This document shows positions 1 through 7,578 of a stretch of 18,051 nucleotides of DNA, one piece after another; position 1 is the first letter of the stretch, and each line of letters begins with the position of its first letter. A model generated the notes under the pieces. The model did not search any database. It had not been told where the DNA came from and was given only the letters and a program-made list of their open reading frames with translations. Made by a program: the position numbers and the translations under genes. This stretch comes from Candidatus Hermodarchaeota archaeon (GTDB taxonomy: Archaea; Asgardarchaeota; Lokiarchaeia; Sigyniarchaeales; SOKP01): contig JBHLLP010000057.1 in NCBI GenBank assembly GCA_048885525.1, positions 1 through 18,051 of the forward strand, written 5' to 3'.

Positions 1-416
1 TCAATTTCATATTTTTTTTGAGAAGTCTCTGATTTGAAATTTGATCTGTCTGAAAACCTAAAATTCTTAATACTAATATAATTATTTTTTGAAAGTATTT
101 CTTGTATCAATGCTTCAAATCCATTATAATCTAATATTCTAGTTATTTGTCTTATATCTAGTTGTAGAATATTGATGGCTTCCATTATGAAAATAATTTT
201 ATTGATTACGATATAATATTGATAATTACCTTTCTGAAGGGAAATAGAATTAATATTTCCTAAGAAATCTTTTAATTTAGGAATATTGAATTGACTTAAT
301 AGAGGGAATTCTGAAGTGTCATACCAGATTTCAACAATATTTTCTTCAGTTTCAACTAAATTGTGATAAATTTCAGTATAAAATTGTTTTAACAAATCTT
401 CAGACCAGAATTCCAT
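1..416 (-). CDS. Putative PD-(D/E)xK restriction-endonuclease-like (Mrr/NERD-type) protein, 3' end truncated by window edge
   Basis: Not in ORF track. Manual translation from ATG at 416 gives MEFWSEDLLKQFYTEIYHNLVETEENIVEIWYD...ITRILDYNGFEALIQEILSKNNYISIKNFRFSDRSNFKSETSQKKYEI(D), open to position 1. The segment LDYxGFExLIxEIL...Y...NFRF...YEID resembles the helix and first catalytic Asp of Mrr-type nuclease domains. The (D/E)xK motif would lie outside the window. Confidence 0.65.
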   Translation of the reverse strand, partial: MEFWSEDLLKQFYTEIYHNLVETEENIVEIWYDTSEFPLLSQFNIPKLKDFLGNINSISLQKGNYQYYIVINKIIFIMEAINILQLDIRQITRILDYNGFEALIQEILSKNNYISIKNFRFSDRSNFKSETSQKKYEI

Positions 417-708
417 TATTTTTAATATATTGAAATGACAAAATAAGATAAAGGGAGTATTGGAATTCTGATTATCCCCTTGATTATTTTTATAAAGTCG
501 ATTTCATAAATATTGGACCTCAATTTTCAATAAAGGGATATATTAATCATATAACCCTTTTAGTATCATTTTGCTTATATTTGTCTTAAATTTTTTGTTA
601 ATTAATCTTCAAATTTAATCAGTTAATAATTTTTTTTTAAAACTTTTAGTTTTTATTATTCACTGTGAATATTTTAAAATTAATTAATAATAATTTTACA
701 AGATAATT

Positions 709-2514
709 ATGGATTTATTACCAAAAGTATTTAGAACAGAAGGGAATATTGCAGAATTTGATCCTTCCAAGATTTATGAAAGTATTTTAAGAGAAACAGC
801 AATGAATGAAACAGACGCAAAACATGTTACTGAATTAGTTGTACGAAGAATTATTAGTTCTGGTATCAAGTTTCTCTCTGGACCTCATATAAGGGAAATT
901 GTTTGTTCAATACTTTCTGAACAACATTTTGAAAATGAGCGTAAATTATATACTCGAATTGGAATGCCTTTAATGGACTATGAAGAAATTTTGGAAAAAG
1001 GATTGACTGATAGGTTGAATGAACAGATAAATCCTGAAAAAATACACCATTGGGCAGCAGATCAAATAGCTGAAGAATATACTCATTTAAGAATTTTAGA
1101 TAATGAAGAATCTAAAGCACATTTATATGGTGATATTCATATTAATGGATTAAATTACTTTGATTCGAGACCATTTAGTCAATTATGGGATCCTAGGCTT
1201 ATTTTAAAAAATGGACTTCTTCCAATAGATAATTTAAGAGGATTTTACAAACAAAAACCCGCTACCGATCTTAAAACTGCTTTATATCACCTCTCTAAAT
1301 GGTTAGGAATGACACAGAGTGAGTTTTATGGAAATCAAGGGTTTAAATTTATCAACATTTTTTTAGCTCCTTATGTGCAGAACACGTCGGAAGACAAAAT
1401 TATTCAAGAAATTCGGGAATTTCTATATGAAATTAATCAATTGCCTTTTATTATTGGAAGAAATATAGCAAATACGTTAATATCCTCATCCTTTTCTATT
1501 TTTGAAGTATTAAAAGAAACACCAGCTATAGGTCCTGAAGGAAAAATTACAAACACGTATATAAATTATCTTGAAGAAAGCTTAAGATTATTTAAAGCTC
1601 TTATTCTTGCATTTAAAGAATTTTATAACATTAATTCATACTCAATTCCTAAGCATTATTTAATTTTAGATATTAAATTCTTAGATGAAATTGAGAATAA
1701 TATATCGAATTTCTGGGAAGATCCTATTATGGTCAATTCTTTGTATTTTCTGAATTTCTGTTTAGATAGTTATAAAGATAAAATAATTGATCAAATTACA
1801 AAAAATAATCAAATGAATTTTGGGGTTCTTCAAAATGTTAGTTTAAACTTGCCTCGTTATGCTTATATTAGCGGGAACAAAGATGATTTTTTAGAATTAC
1901 TTACTTCAAAAATTAACTTATGTTCAAGCATTTTATTAAAGAAATTTAATATAATAGAAAAAAGAATAAAATCAAATCACTTACCTTTTTCTAGTAGTAC
2001 AATTAATGGAGATCCAATATTTAATCTTGAAAATCAGAGCCTATCAATAAGTTTAATTGGATTAAATGAAGCGATCAAATATTTAACAAATTATGAACTT
2101 CATGAACATCTAGAAGCAGTAAATATTAGCAAGACAATTCTAAAAGAGATAAATACATTTTGTTCAGAATTATCTAAGAGAGACAATAAACATTATATTC
2201 TAAGTGAAAACATTTCAGGAAAAGCAATTAATAGATTTACTAAACTTGATTTAAAACACTTTTCAAAAAATGTAAAAAAATTGTCCAACTATAAAAATAT
2301 TAAATATAGCAACTCTGTTCATTATAGAAACGGTGTTGAAGTCGATTTATTAAATAGAGTGAAAGTTCAAGGAGATTTCCATCGTTTCATTCATAATAAT
2401 GCGGTTGAGTTTGTTTCCTTAAGTGATTTGAAAAAGGCTAATATGTCTATTAAAAAATTCATTGAGATATTCTGTAAGAATTCAAATCTATCATGTATAA
2501 AGCTTTATTCTTAG
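709..2514 (+). CDS. nrdD: ATP-cone + class III (anaerobic) ribonucleotide reductase NrdD-like protein; degenerate active site, lacks the glycyl-radical C-terminus
   Basis: N-terminal ATP-cone (KVFRTEG..EFDPSKIYESILRET..IREIVCSIL) followed by archaeal NrdD landmarks YTRIGMP, NPEKIH, HLYGDIHI, LAPY, GVLQNVSLNLPRYAY, SISLIGLNEA, YSNSVH and RVKVQGDFH. The catalytic Cys positions, Zn ribbon and RxxGY motif are not seen. Confidence 0.85.
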   Translation: MDLLPKVFRTEGNIAEFDPSKIYESILRETAMNETDAKHVTELVVRRIISSGIKFLSGPHIREIVCSILSEQHFENERKLYTRIGMPLMDYEEILEKGLTDRLNEQINPEKIHHWAADQIAEEYTHLRILDNEESKAHLYGDIHINGLNYFDSRPFSQLWDPRLILKNGLLPIDNLRGFYKQKPATDLKTALYHLSKWLGMTQSEFYGNQGFKFINIFLAPYVQNTSEDKIIQEIREFLYEINQLPFIIGRNIANTLISSSFSIFEVLKETPAIGPEGKITNTYINYLEESLRLFKALILAFKEFYNINSYSIPKHYLILDIKFLDEIENNISNFWEDPIMVNSLYFLNFCLDSYKDKIIDQITKNNQMNFGVLQNVSLNLPRYAYISGNKDDFLELLTSKINLCSSILLKKFNIIEKRIKSNHLPFSSSTINGDPIFNLENQSLSISLIGLNEAIKYLTNYELHEHLEAVNISKTILKEINTFCSELSKRDNKHYILSENISGKAINRFTKLDLKHFSKNVKKLSNYKNIKYSNSVHYRNGVEVDLLNRVKVQGDFHRFIHNNAVEFVSLSDLKKANMSIKKFIEIFCKNSNLSCIKLYS

Positions 2515-2540
2515 ATTTATCAAATATCATAGATTGCATG

Positions 2541-2559
2541 TAAAAAAAGTATTTAATAA
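2541..2559 (+). promoter_or_regulatory. Candidate BRE/TATA promoter of the GTPase gene
   Basis: A-rich BRE-like tract followed by TATTTAATAA. The first 15 nt are identical to 16272-16286. An SD-like GGGA precedes the TTG at 2675. Confidence 0.4.
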
Positions 2560-2674
2560 GTATGACTTTTTTGATAATATTGAAGTATTATTAAGTTTTT
2601 ATAATATTTTAAAATAAATCTAATCATTAGCTCCAAATATAATTAGACTACTCAAACAAATAAATGGGGATAAT

Positions 2675-4138
2675 TTGACAAAAACAAAAGATAAACAAAA
2701 AAACGAAAAACCAACTGAACAAGAAACATCCGATTTCAGATCGAATATTATTAAAGCAATTGTTTTAAGTATATTTGATGAGAATGGTCCTACACCTAAA
2801 ATTTATTGGCCCTCTGATTTGGATGATAGTGCAGGTCTTTCAATTGCTATGAAAACAATCTCTCTCCTAATGGGAGATAGTACCTATCAAAATGGAGAAG
2901 GTACTGAGGGTGTTAACTATTTTGGAATATTACCTTTTCCTGATCTGAAATTAAATGGATTAACGTATTTCTTTCTCATACCTGATGCACAAGCTAGAGG
3001 TAAAGCTTTAGCTGCGACTATTACTATATTAATCAATGAAGATGATAGAGTTTTTTTTTATGAGAATATGAAATATCTAAGAATTATTATTGATAAAGCC
3101 GCTACTTTGATTCAAATTAATAAAGACCATGTTGAAAGAGAAAACATTTTGGATGAATTTAGAGAAGAACTTTTTGAATTTACTATGGAAATAAAAGATC
3201 CTTATTCAACTAAAAGACAAATAAAAATTTTACTAACAGGATTAGATAAAGCGGGGAAATCTAGCTTCTTATATGGGATTAGAAGGAAATACTCAGAAAT
3301 TATTAAAGCCTTACCTACTAAAGGTGTTGAGAGATCTGAAGAAAACATTTTTGAAGAACAAAACTCACAAATTTCATTGTGGGATTTAGGAGGACAGAAA
3401 AAATATAGAGAAAGATATATTGAACAAAGCAAATTATATCTTTATAATATCGATTTAATGTTTTTCTTCATTGATATTCAAGATGTTGATCGAATCGATG
3501 AAGCTCTTGATTTATTTAGGATAATATTAAACTCTTTAATAGAATTAGAGGAATTCCCCCCTATTGTTGTATGTTTAAATAAATTTGATCCAGACCTCAA
3601 AGGTTCTCAAGAAATTTTTAAAAATCTAGAAGTCATTGCAGATGAAATAAAGAAAAATTCTGATAGATTTTTTATCAAAATATTCCAAACAAGCATATTT
3701 GATCATTGGAGTCTCATTTCAGCATATTCGTTTGGATTGTCTCAATTAAGTCCTAATCGTGAATTATTCAGAAATCAATTAAAAAATTTTGCTAAAAAAA
3801 CAAATTCAGACACAATACTCCTGCTAAATGAAAATGGAATTATTTTATCTAGTTTTTCAAAATCTGATATTTCAGGTAAACTATTTGAAATCTCAGCACC
3901 TCACTTTCAATCTCTTTATAAGAATTTTAAAGAATATAAATTACTAAAACAAGATTTTATAGTGTCCTCTGGAATAACTGATGAGTCTAAAAAAATTATC
4001 TTCAAAAAAATCACAGTAGAGAAATACAATTTATATTTACTTCTATTTATGGAAAAATCTTTAGAAATTGAGAAAATTGAGAAAAATTTGCCCGATTTTT
4101 CAAAAAATCTTGTTGATTTAATTCATACATATATATGA
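2675..4138 (+). CDS. Multidomain small GTPase: folliculin/uDENN-type longin domain + Rag/Arf-like GTPase + C-terminal roadblock domain
   Basis: G1 GLDKAGKS (aa189-196), G2 PTKG, G3 WDLGGQ (236-241), G4 NKFD (302-305), Rag-type G5 TSIFD (339-343). N-terminal IVLSIFDENGPTP and FFLIPDAQARG motifs of the FLCN/SMCR8/uDENN longin type. C-terminal LKNFAKKTNSDTILLLNENGIILS matches the roadblock pattern. TTG start. Confidence 0.9.
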   Translation: MTKTKDKQKNEKPTEQETSDFRSNIIKAIVLSIFDENGPTPKIYWPSDLDDSAGLSIAMKTISLLMGDSTYQNGEGTEGVNYFGILPFPDLKLNGLTYFFLIPDAQARGKALAATITILINEDDRVFFYENMKYLRIIIDKAATLIQINKDHVERENILDEFREELFEFTMEIKDPYSTKRQIKILLTGLDKAGKSSFLYGIRRKYSEIIKALPTKGVERSEENIFEEQNSQISLWDLGGQKKYRERYIEQSKLYLYNIDLMFFFIDIQDVDRIDEALDLFRIILNSLIELEEFPPIVVCLNKFDPDLKGSQEIFKNLEVIADEIKKNSDRFFIKIFQTSIFDHWSLISAYSFGLSQLSPNRELFRNQLKNFAKKTNSDTILLLNENGIILSSFSKSDISGKLFEISAPHFQSLYKNFKEYKLLKQDFIVSSGITDESKKIIFKKITVEKYNLYLLLFMEKSLEIEKIEKNLPDFSKNLVDLIHTYI

Positions 4139-4147
4139 TCACTAAAT

Positions 4148-4156
4148 AAAAAAAAA
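4148..4156 (-). terminator. Oligo-T archaeal terminator after the transglutaminase-like gene
   Basis: T9 on the minus strand immediately after the TAA at 4157-4159, in the 18-bp gap between convergent genes. Confidence 0.5.
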
Positions 4157-5440
4157 TTAGTAATTGTAAGTTACATATTCTTTTTTCCTTCCTCTTCTTA
4201 ATAGTAAAACAATCGCAAGTAACACAATAGCTAACCCAATAACAATAAAAATCACAACAAATATAGGAAATTGAGTTAGAGGTGCAAGATTTGCTTCTAA
4301 AACTGTTATTTCAATCATATACTGCCAATTATAAGCTGTATGATCAGAACATACTGGTGAAGGATTAATTGGAAATTCAGAAATATAATCCTGGGGTGGG
4401 GTTGCACCAGGTAAGAAAAACCATGCTCCATTATTCAAATTAAACCTAAAGAGATCTATTTGATTAAAATAACCGTGTCCCCATGTTGGATCACATGCGA
4501 TCCATCCAATTTCTGGTACGTAATATTCAACCCAAGCATGAGCGAGAATTTCATTGGTATGAGACACTGTTTGAGTTAAACCATTATAACTAAGATCAAA
4601 ATAATATTTGTTTCCTACTTGAGGTCGATGTGAAGGATTATTAGTAATTAGAAACCCAGTTACTTTTCTTGCGGGAATACCTTGAATTCTTAGGAGTGTA
4701 ATCATTAGATCTGAAAATTCTGAACAATCACCTTTTCTCTGATTATATGCTTCTAATGCCCCAATCTCATTATTTTGCACTTGATAATCAATATTATTTA
4801 TAATCCAATAAAAGATATCCCTTGCTTTTTCAACAGGATTATCTAAAGGATCTACGATGCTATTTGAGAGATCTATTAGAGTTGAACTATCACATTCATA
4901 ATATGTCTCAGTAACATTATATAAAGCATGTATATAATCTCCAGGATTATAAGAGCCAATATCTATATCTTCAATATCACTAAACTTAATCCCACTAAGT
5001 GTAATATTATATTTTTGAGCAAGAGTTAATTTATCAGAGGTATGTAGGGTAGTATTAAATAATTCATACGTATTATTGAACTTATCCAAAGAACCCCATT
5101 CAATAGCATCCCAACCTGTAACAGAATTATATAAGAGAGTACTTTGTTGATAGGGAGGACAATAAGGACTTAGGATTGAAGTTGGATTACGATCAATTAA
5201 TCTAGCCACTTTAAAATTGTAAGTTTGGGGAGAGATTCTCGTGTGAGTCAAGGAAAAATTGAGTTCAACTTGATATTTTACGTTCTGAGTAACGTTGTAA
5301 TTTGAAATGCCTTCAGCGGGATAGGACAATGATGGATACGTAACTATAGCATTATTGGGTGTAAGTAGAGATAAACTGAATGAATTAATAGAGGGAAAGA
5401 TAATTAAATATAAAAAAAAGAAGCCAATTTTAGTTTTCAT
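4157..5440 (-). CDS. Membrane-anchored extracellular transglutaminase-like (Cys-His-Asp) protein
   Basis: GDCSEFS (C239), HAWVEYY (H301) and WIACDPTW (D317) triad motifs; LRIQGIPAR motif; N-terminal signal peptide; C-terminal TM helix followed by RRGRKK; several N-x-S/T sequons. Confidence 0.9.
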   Translation of the reverse strand: MKTKIGFFFLYLIIFPSINSFSLSLLTPNNAIVTYPSLSYPAEGISNYNVTQNVKYQVELNFSLTHTRISPQTYNFKVARLIDRNPTSILSPYCPPYQQSTLLYNSVTGWDAIEWGSLDKFNNTYELFNTTLHTSDKLTLAQKYNITLSGIKFSDIEDIDIGSYNPGDYIHALYNVTETYYECDSSTLIDLSNSIVDPLDNPVEKARDIFYWIINNIDYQVQNNEIGALEAYNQRKGDCSEFSDLMITLLRIQGIPARKVTGFLITNNPSHRPQVGNKYYFDLSYNGLTQTVSHTNEILAHAWVEYYVPEIGWIACDPTWGHGYFNQIDLFRFNLNNGAWFFLPGATPPQDYISEFPINPSPVCSDHTAYNWQYMIEITVLEANLAPLTQFPIFVVIFIVIGLAIVLLAIVLLLRRGRKKEYVTYNY

Positions 5441-5602
5441 ATTAAAATCAAAGAATTATACTATTTTTGTATTAGAAATAAAATTCCCTGTTTTTAATTT
5501 TAACCATTAAGAAATTATGGTATAAGAATACAAAAGATTATTCTTTTAAGAGTGAATTTTTATAATTTTAATATAATTAAAAAAATCTAATTTTTCTTAA
5601 AA

Positions 5603-6238
5603 TTGATTTATAAGATATATTTAATAGACGGGGATAACGGGATATCGCTTTTAGAATCGACATTTAAAGAATTAAAGAAGATTCAAGATGATATATTAAC
5701 GGGATTTTTTAAAGCAATTAATACCACTGTTAATGTTATTCAAGAAGCAATGATAAAGGGAAGAAGAGTAAATGAAATGAATAGAATTCTAGTATCTGAG
5801 GATTGCACTATTTTTATTTATTATCACCCATTATCAAGAATACTCTTTTGTTCAATTTCGGATGCAGATGATAATTCTGATAAAATTGAGGAAGTAATTC
5901 ATAAAATTGCCAATCGTTTTTGGAAAAAGCATCAATCAGACCTCAAAAATTTCAGAGCAACAACAGATAAAAGTAGATTTCAAACTTTAGTGGCCGATAT
6001 AGAAAATCTTACTATTGGTGGAAGTATAGCTGAGGTTTTCCCCGAATTATTAGTTGTAAAAAGTGTATTAGAAAAAGTCCTAACAATGGGAATGATTAAT
6101 AATTTTGATTTTGAAGTAGCTTTACAATGTACTGGGAAAAATACCCCTCTCAAAATATCTAGAAAATTAAATAAGAAGCGTACAGAAATAAATGAAGTAT
6201 TAAAAAAATTAGAAGAGTTAGATATTATAAAGGTCTGA
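5603..6238 (+). CDS. Soluble longin-like domain + C-terminal winged-helix protein
   Basis: MIYKIYLIDGDNGISLL...DDILTGFFKAI...ILFCSISD..DN...IANRFW is the Asgard longin pattern. C-terminal CTGKNTPLKISRKLN...INEVLKKLEELDIIK is a wHTH pattern. TTG start. Confidence 0.75.
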   Translation: MIYKIYLIDGDNGISLLESTFKELKKIQDDILTGFFKAINTTVNVIQEAMIKGRRVNEMNRILVSEDCTIFIYYHPLSRILFCSISDADDNSDKIEEVIHKIANRFWKKHQSDLKNFRATTDKSRFQTLVADIENLTIGGSIAEVFPELLVVKSVLEKVLTMGMINNFDFEVALQCTGKNTPLKISRKLNKKRTEINEVLKKLEELDIIKV

Positions 6239-6338
6239 AATTTATCTTTAGTTCAAATCATTAATTTAAATCGAAAAAAATAAAAATTTTCCTTATTTTT
6301 CAAAATTAATTAATATGATGTTATAATTTTTGATTACA

Positions 6339-6938
6339 ATGGAGAATAAATCAAATATTATTGCTTTTGTAAAGAGTCCTTCTAAAAATGCTCAACTAAG
6401 AGAAAGTCACGGGTTCTCCTTAAAGGAGATTAAAGAAGCGGGAAAATCTATTGATTTTTTGAAAAAATCCAAAATAAAAATTGATTATTTTAGGAAATCA
6501 GCTTATCCTGAAAACATTAAGATGTTAAAATCTTTTAAGTTTTCAGTACCAGAAAAAAAAAAGAAAAAAAAACCATTTGCTAAAAAAGAAAAACAGAGAA
6601 CACCATTTAAACCTATAGAGGAAAAGATTAAAAAGAAGCCCAAAGTAACTCCTGTAAAACCAGTACCAAAACCCAGAAAGAAAGAGAGAGCAAAACCCGC
6701 TAAGGAAGAAATAAAAAAACCTGTAAAAATAAAAGAAGCACCTGTTCAAGTTACGGGTAAACCTTTAACTGAATTATCTGGATTAGGCACAGCAACAGCG
6801 AATAAATTCATTGAACTTGGCGTTAATGATATAGAAACATTATGTAAAGAAAATCCTGAAGAATTGGCACTACTAATTAAAGGGGTATCATTGGAAAGAC
6901 TAAAAAAATGGATTGAAGAAGGAAAAGAGTTAATTTAA
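6339..6938 (+). CDS. rpl13e: Ribosomal protein eL13 (L13e)-like domain + Lys/Pro-rich linker + C-terminal helix-hairpin-helix domain
   Basis: VKSP...RESHGFSLKEIKEAG...IKIDYFRKSAYPENIKMLK matches the L13e consensus RxGRGFSLxELKxAG...VDxRRKS...ENVxxLK. C-terminal LTELSGLGTATANKFIELGV...PEELA..IKGVS is a tandem HhH. ATG 6339 is preferred over TTG 6330. Confidence 0.8.
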   Translation: MENKSNIIAFVKSPSKNAQLRESHGFSLKEIKEAGKSIDFLKKSKIKIDYFRKSAYPENIKMLKSFKFSVPEKKKKKKPFAKKEKQRTPFKPIEEKIKKKPKVTPVKPVPKPRKKERAKPAKEEIKKPVKIKEAPVQVTGKPLTELSGLGTATANKFIELGVNDIETLCKENPEELALLIKGVSLERLKKWIEEGKELI

Positions 6939-7010
6939 TTAGTTTCAATATTCTTTAACATTATTTTCTTAAATTGTTAGATATTAATTTAAAATTCTCT
7001 CTAAATGACA

Positions 7011-7023
7011 GAAATTTTATAAA
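7011..7023 (+). promoter_or_regulatory. Candidate BRE/TATA box
   Basis: GAAA-TTTTATAAA roughly 50-75 nt upstream of the 7075/7087 start. Confidence 0.4.
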
Positions 7024-7074
7024 CAATAAATTTATGTTAGTAGTAAATCTAATTCTTGAAAAATTAATTAGCAA

Positions 7075-7578
7075 TTGGGAACTGAAATGGAATACCACTA
7101 TTATGCCTATAATAAACCAGAATGTGGAATTTTAATTAACAAAATGCCAGTATGGTACAAAGAAATAGAATATACAGGTGATGAGCAAAAGGGTTCTATT
7201 GCATTGCATAGTCAGAATGAATACGATGAGATCTGGGGGCCAGAATCCAAAATAGAGATAAACTGGGAAAAAAAAGATCGGATGAATTTATTTTATTATA
7301 AGGAAGTACAGACTTCAATAGATATGTATAACGCAATCGGAATTGTCGTGACTGAAAAAAACAGAGATTGGTTAATGAGTCATGAAATTACATTTTGGTC
7401 AGGGCACCGAAATAAGATGATAAGGAAGAGGTTTTATACCGAAAAGGTAATACATTGTATATTTTATTGCGATATCTCTGAACGATTAATTAACATACAT
7501 ACTTCAATAATTGGTGATCAGTATGAAAATTTTAAACCATATATACTAAAATCTTATAATTCGATAGAATGTCATTAA
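7075..7578 (+). CDS. Hypothetical protein (beta-rich, possible His/Cys metal site; PsbP/Mog1-like fold is a guess)
   Basis: 167-aa ORF with protein-like composition; motifs SHE, FYCD..ER and a terminal CH. The start may be ATG 7087. The stop overlaps the convergent gene's stop within TTAA at 7575-7578. Confidence 0.7.
   Translation: MGTEMEYHYYAYNKPECGILINKMPVWYKEIEYTGDEQKGSIALHSQNEYDEIWGPESKIEINWEKKDRMNLFYYKEVQTSIDMYNAIGIVVTEKNRDWLMSHEITFWSGHRNKMIRKRFYTEKVIHCIFYCDISERLINIHTSIIGDQYENFKPYILKSYNSIECH

Noticed and set aside
2460-2674. Frameshift or readthrough restoring the NrdD Zn ribbon and glycyl-radical loop
   Set aside because: No CxxC pairs or RxxGY seen in this stretch; it is AT-rich intergenic sequence with frequent stops.
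3202-3432. 76-aa minus-strand ORF from the track
   Set aside because: Entirely antisense to the GTPase G1-G3 region; shadow ORF with no motif.
4136-6238. Selenocysteine readthrough at the TGA stops at 4136-4138 and 6236-6238
   Set aside because: Both stops fall at natural domain ends, the downstream sequence is not protein-like or overlaps a convergent gene, and no SECIS-like hairpin was recognised.
6553-6735. Long A-runs as phase-variation or slippage sites
   Set aside because: Explained by poly-Lys codons in an intact frame that continues into the HhH domain.
6543-6749. 68-aa Phe-rich minus-strand ORF
   Set aside because: Antisense reading of the Lys (AAA)-rich eL13 linker; its hydrophobicity is a compositional artefact.
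7575-7578. Convergent genes sharing stops in TTAA, considered as a possible insertion target site
   Set aside because: A common compact overlap in AT-rich genomes; no terminal repeats or transposase nearby.
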